Of a stretch of 64,000 bases of DNA, positions 28,170-37,835 are shown piece after piece. This DNA comes from an archaeon (GTDB lineage: Archaea; Nanobdellota; Nanobdellia; Woesearchaeales; GCA-2686295), in assembly GCA_043817405.1 (NCBI GenBank), contig JBDRGV010000062.1:1267-65266 (forward strand), written 5' to 3'. How positions within the stretch are numbered: position 1 is the first letter of the stretch; each line of letters opens with the position of its first letter. The notes beneath the pieces were generated by a model that was not told where the DNA came from, searched no databases, and was given only the letters and a program-made list of their open reading frames with translations. The position numbers were made by a program, and so were the translations under genes.

Positions 28170-29342
28170 TTAAAGTTTCTTGTTTATTTCTTTGTAAGCT
28201 TCACGGAATGGAATTCCTTTCTTTACAAGTTTATAAGCATTTTCTGTTGCATATAATTCTTTAGTCATGGCTTTTTTGCAGTTTTCTTTGTTAACTTTGA
28301 GTTTATTAACTACTAATGTCATGATTTTTAAACATTTTTTTGTTATGTCTATGGAATTGAATAATGGTTCTTTGGTTAATTGGATTTCACGATTATATCC
28401 TGATATAGAATTACTTATCAAGCTTTTGACCTTGAACTCTTCACCTAAAACCACGTGATACTGACCTTTAACTAATTCTAGAACATCAGGATTATTTTTT
28501 TGTGGCATTATAGAGCTGCCAGTACATAATTCTTTAGGTAAACTTAAATATCCAAATTCTTGTGTGCTAAACAACAACAAATCTGTTGCTAGCTTATTCA
28601 AATCAAACATTACTTGACTTAGCAAGTTCAGAATTATTGAAGTGTATTTTCCACGACTCATCTGAGAATAAAGGGGATTATCCATTACTTTGGCAAAACC
28701 GAGTTCTTTTGCAGTCATCTCTTTATCAATTTTAAAAACAGGAACTCCAAAACCTGCCGCTGAGCCAAGTGGAGATTTATTTATTAATTTTAAGACACTA
28801 TTGATTAGTTCTATGTCGTCTTTGCATGCACTGATGAAACTTCCAAGCCATACTTCAATAGTTGTAGGCATTGCTTTTTGCATGTGAGTGTAGCCAGGCA
28901 TATTGATAGTGCCGTATTTTTCAATAGTTTTTTCTAGTGCTTTCTTGAAATTAACCACTAATTCTTTTGTCTTGAACAGTTCATCCTTCTCGTACAAGTA
29001 AAGAGCCGTTAAAACCTGATCATTTCTTGATCTGCAAGTATGTATTTTTTTTCCGACAGTTCCAAGATAATTCTCGATAGCTGTATGGCAATCTTCATTC
29101 TCTAAAGTTATCTTGAACTTTCCTTGAGAATGTAGTTTCATTATTGTTTTTAAACCTTTAACAACCTCGTGGACTTCTTTAGAATTCAAAACCCCTATTT
29201 TTTCAAGCATCTTAGCATGTGCGATTGATCCTAAACAGTCAAACTCAACAATCTTGTAGTCTAGCAAGTAATCATTTCCTACTGTGAACTTCTCGATTTC
29301 TTTGTTCAGTTCATAATCCTTTTTCCATAGTTTGTTTTCCAT
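28170..29342 (-). CDS. argH: Argininosuccinate lyase (short form)
   Basis: Fumarate-lyase signature GSSIMPQKNNPD, N-terminal LW...F and SIAHAKML blocks. Confidence 0.8.
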   Translation of the reverse strand: MENKLWKKDYELNKEIEKFTVGNDYLLDYKIVEFDCLGSIAHAKMLEKIGVLNSKEVHEVVKGLKTIMKLHSQGKFKITLENEDCHTAIENYLGTVGKKIHTCRSRNDQVLTALYLYEKDELFKTKELVVNFKKALEKTIEKYGTINMPGYTHMQKAMPTTIEVWLGSFISACKDDIELINSVLKLINKSPLGSAAGFGVPVFKIDKEMTAKELGFAKVMDNPLYSQMSRGKYTSIILNLLSQVMFDLNKLATDLLLFSTQEFGYLSLPKELCTGSSIMPQKNNPDVLELVKGQYHVVLGEEFKVKSLISNSISGYNREIQLTKEPLFNSIDITKKCLKIMTLVVNKLKVNKENCKKAMTKELYATENAYKLVKKGIPFREAYKEINKKL

Positions 29343-29344
29343 TT

Positions 29345-30604
29345 TTAATCAAAATACTTTTTTTTGTGTTTGTCCAGGATGGCTTTTTGGGCTTTTAATC
29401 GAATGGCGTTTATTTTGATGAAACCTTCTGAGTCCTGTTGGTTGAATCCTCCTTCTATGTCCATGCTTGACAGTTCTTTGTCATATAATGAACTAGGTGA
29501 TTCACGTCCAGTTATTATTACATTGCCTTTGTATAACTTTAAGTATACTATACCGTCTATCATCTCCTGACTCTTGTTGATGGCACTCATCATAAAATCC
29601 ATCTCTGGTGAAAACCAGAATCCATAATATACTATCTCACTGAATTTTGGAGTTAACATCGCTTTCAATCTCATAACTTCACGATCCATGGCTATTCCTT
29701 CAATGTCCTGATGGGCAGCCATTAAAATAGTTCCTCCAGGAGTTTCATATATCCCACGACTTTTTATACCGACAAAACGATTTTCTACCATGTCGACAAC
29801 TCCAATGCCATTTTCTGAGCCTAATTCGTTAAGATAAATGAATAATTCTAATGGTTCAGTTTTCACAATGTTATTTTCTTTATTAACGACTTTTATTGGT
29901 ATTCCGTCTTTGAAATGAATCTCTAGTTTTGTATATTTATTTGGTGCTTTTTTCAAGCTTTTACAGTATTTGAGTATCTTGTCACCTGCATAATGTAGTG
30001 GGTCTTCAAGTATTCCTGCTTCGTGACTGATGTGCATTAAATTAGCGTCTTCACTGTATGGTTTTGCTTTTGATTGCTCTATGTTTATTTTGTTTTTTTT
30101 GGCATAATTCAACATGTCAGTTCGTCCTTTGAATTCTGATAAGAACTCTTTGTTTTTCCAGGGTGCAAAAACCTTTATATCAGGATTTAATGCGTAATAT
30201 GTTAGTTCAAAACGTACTTGGTCATTACCTTTTCCAGTTGCTCCGTGAGAAACAAATTCTGCTTTTTCTTTTTCAGCTATTTCTATTTGTTTTTTAGCGA
30301 TTAAAGGTCTTGCCAAGCTTGTTCCTAATAGATATTTTCCTTCATAGATTGCACTTGCTTTTATTGCTGGAAATATGTAGTCTGTAACAAATTCTTTTTT
30401 CAGATCTTCAACATAGACTTTTGAAGCACCAGTCTTTAGAGCTTTCGCTTTTATCGCTTTGAAATCATCTGGTTGTCCAACATCTGCGATGTAAGCGATA
30501 ACTTCATATCCTTTGTTAACTAACCACTTCAATATCACTGAAGTGTCTAGTCCACCACTATATGCTAATATTATTTTTTGCGAAATTACTTTTGTATTTT
30601 TCAT
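29345..30604 (-). CDS. argG: Argininosuccinate synthase
   Basis: [38 protein letters not shown]. Confidence 0.9.
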   Translation of the reverse strand: MKNTKVISQKIILAYSGGLDTSVILKWLVNKGYEVIAYIADVGQPDDFKAIKAKALKTGASKVYVEDLKKEFVTDYIFPAIKASAIYEGKYLLGTSLARPLIAKKQIEIAEKEKAEFVSHGATGKGNDQVRFELTYYALNPDIKVFAPWKNKEFLSEFKGRTDMLNYAKKNKINIEQSKAKPYSEDANLMHISHEAGILEDPLHYAGDKILKYCKSLKKAPNKYTKLEIHFKDGIPIKVVNKENNIVKTEPLELFIYLNELGSENGIGVVDMVENRFVGIKSRGIYETPGGTILMAAHQDIEGIAMDREVMRLKAMLTPKFSEIVYYGFWFSPEMDFMMSAINKSQEMIDGIVYLKLYKGNVIITGRESPSSLYDKELSSMDIEGGFNQQDSEGFIKINAIRLKAQKAILDKHKKKYFD

Positions 30605-30675
30605 TTTGTTTTAACCTTTTATTATTTTATTTTTAAAGTTATCGTCTAAAAACAGACATTTTTGACAATAATGTT

Positions 30676-31896
30676 TTATTTCGAACTTTCTCTGTAGATT
30701 ACCTGCGTTGAGCAATGTGGACCTCCATAAGTCTTTGTGAAATTATTGAAATTAACTTCAGTAATGTTGATTCCTTTCATTTTGTTATGATAGTTTTCAC
30801 TAACTCCTTTGACTGCAATTATTTGGTTTTGAGCGATTGTTAGGAAGTTAAGGCCATAGTTGAGTTGTTCTTCTTTCGTTAATGTGATTAAGGAATTGTT
30901 TTCTGTTTTGAATCCTTTGTTGTTGAGATAATCTTTGAAAGCCAAGTCTTTGTTTTTGTTGATATATCCTGAGTCTGTTTTTAAGTAAGTATCAACTAAA
31001 GTTTTCTTATCTGAATTATTCTTAATTCTATCTTCAAGAACTACTGCTTTGTTTGATCCTGCTATATTGAAATAAGTATCTAAATGCATCTCATCTTGAC
31101 TTTTATATGAATCCTTGACGACTGCAATTTCTGAATATTCAAAAACATTGTTTTTCAATAATTGTTTTATTGCTTCAGAATTAGTTCTCAATCCTTGTCC
31201 TATGAATGCAAAATTTCCACAAGGTATGAAATCTCCTCCTTCTAATTTTCCTTCTCCATTAACTTCATAAATTGGTTTCACACCTAACTTGTTGAAAACG
31301 AATTTTGTAATTTCTGTCTCTGCTTTTCTTTGAGTTGAATTCATTTTTCTAATGACAATTCCTTTGTCAGTTGTTATTTGTTGATCTCTCAAAAAATGCA
31401 TGTTCATCACAGGATTTACTAAATAGTTTTCTGCAATGAACTCAGTATTTTTTTCGTCTGATTCTTTTATGTAGACTTTTGGTTTTTCAAAAATTATTTT
31501 TACAAGATCATATGGGTGTAGTTCAGATAGTGTTTTTTGCTTGTAGTCTTTAACTTCTTTCAGAGTTTCAATAGGTAGTTCGATAGGATAAGAGATACTC
31601 AAGAATTTATCTGCTAAGTTTGTTAAATCGTCAAGTGATTTTCCTTTCTCTTTATTTCCTTTCTCATCTATTGTATCTTCTAATAGGACTTCTTTAACTA
31701 ACTTAACGTTTATACTTTTTTCTTTCAATGTTTGGACGTAGTTATTGTGTTCGTTTGTAGCTTTATATCTGTCAAAAGGTTTGTTCTCGAAAAGTGCTGC
31801 TATCCCTTGTAAACAACCATAAAATAGTTCTTCTCCAGGTGTGTGCATGATTATTGTTTTTGCAGAATCATATTCTGCTTTTACTTTTGCTTTCAT
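30676..31896 (-). CDS. arcA: Arginine deiminase
   Basis: IMHTPGEEL, MHLDTYFN, and C-terminal GGPHCSTQV (catalytic Cys context of the guanidino-group-modifying superfamily). Confidence 0.7.
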   Translation of the reverse strand: MKAKVKAEYDSAKTIIMHTPGEELFYGCLQGIAALFENKPFDRYKATNEHNNYVQTLKEKSINVKLVKEVLLEDTIDEKGNKEKGKSLDDLTNLADKFLSISYPIELPIETLKEVKDYKQKTLSELHPYDLVKIIFEKPKVYIKESDEKNTEFIAENYLVNPVMNMHFLRDQQITTDKGIVIRKMNSTQRKAETEITKFVFNKLGVKPIYEVNGEGKLEGGDFIPCGNFAFIGQGLRTNSEAIKQLLKNNVFEYSEIAVVKDSYKSQDEMHLDTYFNIAGSNKAVVLEDRIKNNSDKKTLVDTYLKTDSGYINKNKDLAFKDYLNNKGFKTENNSLITLTKEEQLNYGLNFLTIAQNQIIAVKGVSENYHNKMKGINITEVNFNNFTKTYGGPHCSTQVIYRESSK

Positions 31897-32080
31897 TTTT
31901 TCATAGCTCCCGCTAATTCTTGTTTGTGTTATATTTTCGAGGTGATTATGCCTCTGTCACCACATCATATATGGTTTATTTTCCTTTTAATATGTCTTTC
32001 TTAGATTTTTCCGTGGATATTTTGACTTGTCCGAAAATTCTCCGGAAAACTATTTAAATACAAAACTTTTTATTTAGAAC

Positions 32081-32710
32081 ATGAATGTCTCAAAAGAAAC
32101 AGAAAACTATGTTTTATCTTTTTCAAGCATTAAAGATGCTTTGAAGAAAGGTTTGATTAATTATTCTAAACTATCAAGACAGATAATTAAAGATACAGAG
32201 TTGAATCCAAAGGATTTTGATGCTGTTTTAGTGGCATTAAGAAGATTAGAGTATAAATTAAGGAAGAAGAAAAGCTTTGAAAAACAGATAAGAACGTTGC
32301 TTAAGAATACAAAGTTGGAGATTAAAAACAAGATGATGGTTTGTATAATCGAAAAAAACGTTTTTCACAACAATGTTCTGGAATTGCAGAAGGATATTAA
32401 AGGTTTGAAGGGAGATGTTCGAGTAGTTGAAGGAGTTCAAGCAATAACCATGATTACAAGTCAAGAATTTGAAGAACTGGTTGACAACTATTTCAAGTTG
32501 AAGATTATTAAGAAGACTAAGAACCTTATTGAAATCATTCTCAGAAGTCCTGAATCCCTGGAAGAAGTACCTGGAGTAATGGGTTATTTGTATTCTTTGT
32601 TTGCAGAGCAAGGAATCAATATTGTTGAGACAATGAGCTGCTGGACTGACACCATTTTTATAATTGAGAAAAGAGATTTGGATAAAACAATTAAGATGCT
32701 GACTTTCTAA
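32081..32710 (+). CDS. ACT-domain-containing protein
   Basis: The C-terminal PGVMGYLYSLFAEQGINIVETMS...IFIIEKRDLDKTIKML pattern is typical of ACT domains. Confidence 0.45.
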   Translation: MNVSKETENYVLSFSSIKDALKKGLINYSKLSRQIIKDTELNPKDFDAVLVALRRLEYKLRKKKSFEKQIRTLLKNTKLEIKNKMMVCIIEKNVFHNNVLELQKDIKGLKGDVRVVEGVQAITMITSQEFEELVDNYFKLKIIKKTKNLIEIILRSPESLEEVPGVMGYLYSLFAEQGINIVETMSCWTDTIFIIEKRDLDKTIKMLTF

Positions 32711-32770
32711 TCGAAAACTATATATAGTAAAAGGTCGTAAATTCTTTTTAAAAGAGAGGGGCAGTATTTT

Positions 32771-33265
32771 ATGGTTGATAAAAGGCTTGAAGACTATATG
32801 CGAAAAGTAGTGAAAAAAGGGGATAGCCTTGAAAAAGCCGAGCAGAATCTAATTGACGCTGGTTATGAAAAAGAACCTGTTCAAAAAGCCGCTGCGAAAA
32901 TGAAAAGAAGAAAATTTGAAGAAATAGCTCTGGCAGTATTGGCAGTTATAATCTTTGTAGCTCTTATTGGATATTTACTAGGTTCTGAAATACTTGTTGA
33001 GAATGAACCAGAAGTCGTAGAGATTCCTGAGTTTATATTATTGGAAGAAGCAATCATAAGTGGTGACTTGACTAATTGCGAACAATTTGATACTGTTATG
33101 AAAAGTGCTTGTATTAAAGAGATTAAAAATGAAACTACTGTTGTTAAAACAACTTTACTTGATGATATAATTGAAGAAGTGGCTCTTACAAAAGACGCTT
33201 CTCTTTGCGATCAATTGACTAGTGCAGTCGAGATAAAAATATGTTTGAAAGAAGCGGAATCATGA
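32771..33265 (+). CDS. Single-pass membrane protein with extracytoplasmic C-x10-11-C motifs
   Basis: Cytoplasmic helical N-terminus, TM IALAVLAVIIFVALIGYLLG, then NCEQFDTVMKSAC and LCDQLTSAVEIKIC. Confidence 0.45.
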   Translation: MVDKRLEDYMRKVVKKGDSLEKAEQNLIDAGYEKEPVQKAAAKMKRRKFEEIALAVLAVIIFVALIGYLLGSEILVENEPEVVEIPEFILLEEAIISGDLTNCEQFDTVMKSACIKEIKNETTVVKTTLLDDIIEEVALTKDASLCDQLTSAVEIKICLKEAES

Positions 33266-33275
33266 GGTTGGAAAA

Positions 33276-33986
33276 ATGAAAAAATTGATATTATTTTTAG
33301 TGTTGATGTTGGTGTTAATGTTTAGAGTTGATGCTCAAGCCTGTAGTGGAAGTAATAATTATCCTAATGTCTTGGAAGGAGAAGATAAAATTTTAACGGC
33401 TCCGACTGGTACTTCTGCGCCGATTACATGGCAAATAATTAGTCCCAGTAATTATCCTTCTCAAGATTCCAACTCATTTCAAGGAGCATTTTCACAACAA
33501 TCAGGATGCACAGTTCATTTCAAAGTTTTCAAAAACGGAGTCTATAATCTGAAAGCTGATAATGCAGATGTAACTGTTACTGTTGAAGATTTGAGAACTG
33601 CTAAAAATTTTGGTCATGAATGCATGGTTGTTGATACTGGTAACTGTGGAGCAATTGTTGCTTATGGAGATATTTCAGCAACCAATTACATATCTGGTTT
33701 ATCAATGTTTGCTTCAGGTAGAATTCACTCCTATAATAATATAACCGTTGGAACCTATGGAAATCCTAATGTTATATTAACACCGACGCTGGCTACTCTA
33801 CCTGCTTTGAGAGTAACTGGTTCGATGACTGCCACTGGTGCTTTAAGTGTTACTGGTAATGCGATTGTTACAGGAACTGCTACTGCGAGTAAATTTATTG
33901 GACCCATTGATTTTAGTACCTGCTCCAGTCCGCCTAAGATTTACGCTAGTGGAAGCGATGTGGTTATTGAATTAGGAAGTTGTTAA
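33276..33986 (+). CDS. Secreted protein (signal peptide), unknown function
   Basis: MKKLILFLVLMLVLMFRVDA signal sequence. C-terminal ...TGTATASKFIGP... block shared with the next ORF. The last residue is Cys. Confidence 0.5.
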   Translation: MKKLILFLVLMLVLMFRVDAQACSGSNNYPNVLEGEDKILTAPTGTSAPITWQIISPSNYPSQDSNSFQGAFSQQSGCTVHFKVFKNGVYNLKADNADVTVTVEDLRTAKNFGHECMVVDTGNCGAIVAYGDISATNYISGLSMFASGRIHSYNNITVGTYGNPNVILTPTLATLPALRVTGSMTATGALSVTGNAIVTGTATASKFIGPIDFSTCSSPPKIYASGSDVVIELGSC

Positions 33987-34412
33987 ATGATTAAAAAAAT
34001 ATTAATTGGATTATTGATACTTTTACTAATCAGTATGGTTAGTGCTCAAAGACATAATTGTATTGAGATAGATATGAACTGTGCAGATATAACAACCACC
34101 AGTGTTGATGGTTTTAATATTGAAGCGTTCAGATTTAATATTGATACGCGGACTCATGCTAACCAAAGATTGTCGGTTGGTACCTTAGTTGGTTCTGCAG
34201 TTAATTTGAGTGTACTTGGGAATTCCTATGTTTTGCCAGCGACAAATGTCAATGGTGCTTTAACCGTTGGATCATTAAATGTGTATAATAATTTGATAAT
34301 TAGTGGAACATTAAGAGCCAGTAAATTCGTAGGAAAACTACAGGTCGGAGGAGGATGTTTCACAGGCGGACTAACCGGAGTGAGACTACAACTCGGAGGA
34401 GCAACATGTTGA
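33987..34412 (+). CDS. Secreted protein (signal peptide), paralogous C-terminus to 33276..33986
   Basis: MIKKILIGLLILLLISMVSA signal sequence, ...SGTLRASKFVGK... block, last residue Cys. The start codon directly abuts the upstream stop. Confidence 0.5.
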   Translation: MIKKILIGLLILLLISMVSAQRHNCIEIDMNCADITTTSVDGFNIEAFRFNIDTRTHANQRLSVGTLVGSAVNLSVLGNSYVLPATNVNGALTVGSLNVYNNLIISGTLRASKFVGKLQVGGGCFTGGLTGVRLQLGGATC

Positions 34413-36076
34413 AAAAGATGGTGTTGCTAATGATGGTGTTTTCATTAATGATAATTTATAGTTCTAGTGTTATTGGATATTGTAGTGGAGTAGAGATATG
34501 TGGAGTTTCATATCCTTGTCAATCCACAGACACTATGTGTCCAAGAGATTATGGTGATTGGAGCAGTTGTAGCAATGATTATTGTTATGATAATGATCAA
34601 CAATGTTGTATTAAAGCCGGATGGACTTGGTATAATAATGCTTGTTGCGGTAATACTGGTGAATCCATGACAACTTCAGAGTATCACGATTCAATGGATC
34701 CAATTCCATCTGATGATACTTCTAATTGTTGTTTAAATGCGAATTACTGTGTTGATAATGGTGGTTGTTATGGTGATGAATTGTTAACTCATAAGGCAGA
34801 TGCAGATTCTGATGATGATTATTGTAATAATGGTATATGGTATGATTGTAAAACCAGTACTCAATGCAATGACGGGAAAGTATGTGTGAGTAGTAATTGT
34901 GTTTGCCAAAACATTGATACTCATTGTGGACCTGGTGAAACTTGTGAGAATTGTAATTTGCAAGATGGTTGTACTGCCGCAGGCAAATATGATGATTATT
35001 CTTGTCAAAGCAATAATTGTGCAATAGCAACTTCAACTTGTACTGATGCTTGTTGTGTTAATGGATTGTGCTATAATAATGTTTGTTACAAAGATCATGC
35101 TTCTAGTACTCTGAGTGTTTTATCCGGTGGAAGTCCTGTTTTTGGTACTGAATCATTTGTTTGTACTGGTTTTAATGCTCGCTTCTGTGATAGTATAGTT
35201 GATGAATTTTTCACTCCTGGAAATCAACGATGCGACGCTTCTGATACGAATTGTAGACTTTGTTATTTTTCTAATCACACTGATGAGGAGAATTTATGTG
35301 AGACCGGATGTGGAGCTGCTGGTACTACTGATGAAAGACTTCTTAATACTTGTATAGGTAATAGCGGTTGGATAAATTATACTTGTGGTTATTCTACTGA
35401 TGCTGATGCTTATGAAAGAACCTGTGATTGCCGTGTAGGCGTTAATCTTTGGAATCTTGGTGGTGATGCTCCTGCTGGTTCTTATAATGATTGTTGTGGT
35501 GATGATATTAATGAGAACAAGAACTTTGCAAAATATCATGTTTCAATGACTGGTCCTGATAAAGATACTACTGACAATGCTTGCTGTAATGCGGCCAATG
35601 ATTGTGTTGATAACAATGGTTGCTATGATCATGGCAATCAAAGGGATGCCGATGGTGATGGTGACTCTGATTTCTGCAATCAAGGAACTTGGCAGGATTG
35701 TTACACAATCCCTTTTGATGATGCTCATGTTTTGAGAATTCAGAAGGGAGATGCTAATGTTGTTGGGATGATTGATAGAAATGGTATGTTCAGAATTAAA
35801 GGAACTTTAGTTACAAATCAAGCTCCAACTCCTAGTGGTGACTACTTTGATTTCAGAAATGCTGTGGGCACCGTTGTTGCTTCAATTGATGAAAGTGGTA
35901 ATTTATATTTAAGAGGTAGTTTGGCTGAGAGACAGGGTTCTGTTTCTGCAAATGTTGGATCTCAGGAATTAATTGTCAGAGCCAGTGGTGGACCTGATGT
36001 CGCTATCTTTGATAGCAATGGTAATTTAAATTTGGCAGGTTGTTTATCCTATAGTGATGGGGATAGTCCTTGGTAA
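34406..36076 (+). CDS. Secreted cysteine-rich protein with Asp-rich Ca-binding-like repeats
   Basis: Start reset to MLKKMVLLMMVFSLMI (overlaps the upstream stop). Duplicated module CC.NAN.CVDN.GCY...DADxDxDxD.CN.G.W.DC. Three C-terminal ...ID..GN..L.G.L repeats. Confidence 0.6.
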   Translation: MLKKMVLLMMVFSLMIIYSSSVIGYCSGVEICGVSYPCQSTDTMCPRDYGDWSSCSNDYCYDNDQQCCIKAGWTWYNNACCGNTGESMTTSEYHDSMDPIPSDDTSNCCLNANYCVDNGGCYGDELLTHKADADSDDDYCNNGIWYDCKTSTQCNDGKVCVSSNCVCQNIDTHCGPGETCENCNLQDGCTAAGKYDDYSCQSNNCAIATSTCTDACCVNGLCYNNVCYKDHASSTLSVLSGGSPVFGTESFVCTGFNARFCDSIVDEFFTPGNQRCDASDTNCRLCYFSNHTDEENLCETGCGAAGTTDERLLNTCIGNSGWINYTCGYSTDADAYERTCDCRVGVNLWNLGGDAPAGSYNDCCGDDINENKNFAKYHVSMTGPDKDTTDNACCNAANDCVDNNGCYDHGNQRDADGDGDSDFCNQGTWQDCYTIPFDDAHVLRIQKGDANVVGMIDRNGMFRIKGTLVTNQAPTPSGDYFDFRNAVGTVVASIDESGNLYLRGSLAERQGSVSANVGSQELIVRASGGPDVAIFDSNGNLNLAGCLSYSDGDSPW

Positions 36077-36113
36077 AGTTTGTATAGTATAATATTATTA
36101 ATGAGGTGTTAAG

Positions 36114-36485
36114 ATGGTTGATGAAGAATTAAAAAAAAGTAAAAATAACAAATTATTTTATATTATTGGAATAGTTGTGGTTGTGGTTGTTTTGTTGTTA
36201 ATAATGGCTTTTTCTAGTTTGAATGATAAAGATGATGTTATTGTTGATGATGATGGAGTAGTGGTCGATGATAATGTTGTTGATGACAGTGTTGTTGATG
36301 ATGTGGTACTTGATAACGTTGTAACTGAATTAGTGGATGTTGTTGATGACGAACCTAATGTTGATCAGATGAGTGATCTAGAGCTTGTTGATCACGCAAT
36401 TGGAACCGATGACATTGGAATATGTGAATTAATAGAAAACACTGATGTGAAAGCCTATTGTATCGACGTAGTCACAAATACTTGA
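36114..36485 (+). CDS. Single-pass membrane protein with a Val/Asp-rich low-complexity region and a C-x11-C motif
   Basis: TM LFYIIGIVVVVVVLLLIMAF, a (V/D)n tract, and a terminal GICELIENTDVKAYC like ORF 32771..33265. Confidence 0.45.
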   Translation: MVDEELKKSKNNKLFYIIGIVVVVVVLLLIMAFSSLNDKDDVIVDDDGVVVDDNVVDDSVVDDVVLDNVVTELVDVVDDEPNVDQMSDLELVDHAIGTDDIGICELIENTDVKAYCIDVVTNT

Positions 36486-36628
36486 AGAGATTGTTAAATC
36501 CTGATTTGTTTTAAGTTAGATAAAATGATTATGTGAGTTTTTGTTCATCTAGTTCTTTTATCATCTGACTTCCAAGAACAAAATTTAAATACTATCAAAC
36601 AATTAATAATCTAAAAAGAGGAATAACA

Positions 36629-36997
36629 GTGGGTATACTCGACAAATTAAAATTCTGGAAAAAAGACGGTGCTTTTGCAATAGGTGATGATTTGCTGAAA
36701 GACGACACAGGACTAAACTATGATATGGGTTTAGAAGATCAAACTGGACTAGACAACCAATTTCAACATTCAGAAATAGATCAAAGCCTCAATCCGAAAT
36801 TCATGGAAAAAGTTGATTCAAAACTAGACCGATCAGAACATCAATCGCCAATCCATCAAAGTGATTCAACAATGGAATTAATATCCTCAAAACTGGACAC
36901 CATAAAAGCAGAACTGGACTCAATGAATCAAAGAATAAAAAGAATAGAGAAAATTGCTGAAGATTCTCAAGAAACTAAAAAGGAAACAGTATGGTAA
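36629..36997 (+). CDS. Hypothetical acidic protein with C-terminal coiled coil
   Basis: GTG start in the track, 122 aa, overlaps the lspA start by 7 nt. Confidence 0.4.
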   Translation: MGILDKLKFWKKDGAFAIGDDLLKDDTGLNYDMGLEDQTGLDNQFQHSEIDQSLNPKFMEKVDSKLDRSEHQSPIHQSDSTMELISSKLDTIKAELDSMNQRIKRIEKIAEDSQETKKETVW

Positions 36998-37410
36998 ATA
37001 AAAACTTCATAATCTTTCCATTATTACTAATTCTAGACCAAATAACAAAAGCAATAATAGCCATAACAAACGCATCCATCGACTTAAAACTATTAGCAAT
37101 AACATTCGTGAAAAACACAGGCGCGACATGGGGATTATTTCAAAACTCAAACACGATATTCATATGGATATCAATAATAGCATTAGGAATACTAATGCAG
37201 GTATACGACAAACTACCAAAGAAATCACTACCATTCATACTATCACTCGGAACAGGAATTCTAGGTAATCTAATAGACAGAATATTCAGAGGATATGTGG
37301 TTGACTTCATAAACTTCAAGATATGGCCTGTATTCAACTTCGCAGATATATTCATAACAATAGGCATAATAGGAATGATAATATGTGTGTTGAAAGAAAA
37401 GTCTAATTAA
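36991..37410 (+). CDS. lspA: Lipoprotein signal peptidase (signal peptidase II)
   Basis: [40 protein letters not shown] and [11 protein letters not shown] are colinear with bacterial LspA blocks, including both catalytic Asp contexts. Confidence 0.85.
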   Translation: MVNKNFIIFPLLLILDQITKAIIAITNASIDLKLLAITFVKNTGATWGLFQNSNTIFIWISIIALGILMQVYDKLPKKSLPFILSLGTGILGNLIDRIFRGYVVDFINFKIWPVFNFADIFITIGIIGMIICVLKEKSN

Positions 37411-37747
37411 ACTCGTCAAACTCATCCAATTTATCTAAATGACCATTTGTTTTAAGCCACTTAACTTGTATGGGTTTGTATTTGAAAATAATATCTCCTT
37501 TTGCATCGCCACCAAGCTCCCAGGGTTCAACAAGAACAATATCTCCTTCACGAACCCACAATCTTCGCTTTAACCTACCTGGAATACGACAAATTCTGGT
37601 TTTACCGTCCAAACATCTGACATTGCACCTGCTACCGCCGAGTCTTTTATCAAGCAAACCAATGCTTTGAAGTCCTCGAGGAAGCTTAACTCTACGAATG
37701 TCTTCTTGAATATCCTCTTCAGTTGATGCAGTAAATGCCATTTTCAA
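37403..37747 (-). CDS. eif1a: Translation initiation factor aIF-1A
   Basis: S1-like OB core [41 protein letters not shown]. Confidence 0.85.
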   Translation of the reverse strand: MKMAFTASTEEDIQEDIRRVKLPRGLQSIGLLDKRLGGSRCNVRCLDGKTRICRIPGRLKRRLWVREGDIVLVEPWELGGDAKGDIIFKYKPIQVKWLKTNGHLDKLDEFDEFN

Positions 37748-37835
37748 GCAAAGAAAACACAGGTGCTTTTATATATGTTGCGGAAAAGCGTAGATTTCCT
37801 ATCATTCCGAAAATCTTTGATTTTTGTTTATGTTG

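Noticed and set aside
34355-34405. The upstream start (MFHRRTNRSETTTRRSN...) for the Cys-rich secreted protein.
   Set aside because: That extension overlaps the end of the preceding gene and precedes an obvious signal peptide beginning at the ATG at 34406. The internal ATG gives a standard secreted-protein N-terminus.
36230-36370. DNA-level repetition of gttgatgat-type units, checked as a possible satellite or CRISPR-like array.
   Set aside because: It is in frame within ORF 36114..36485 and encodes the Val/Asp low-complexity tract. The units are irregular, with no spacer-repeat architecture. No CRISPR array or cas gene is present anywhere in the window.
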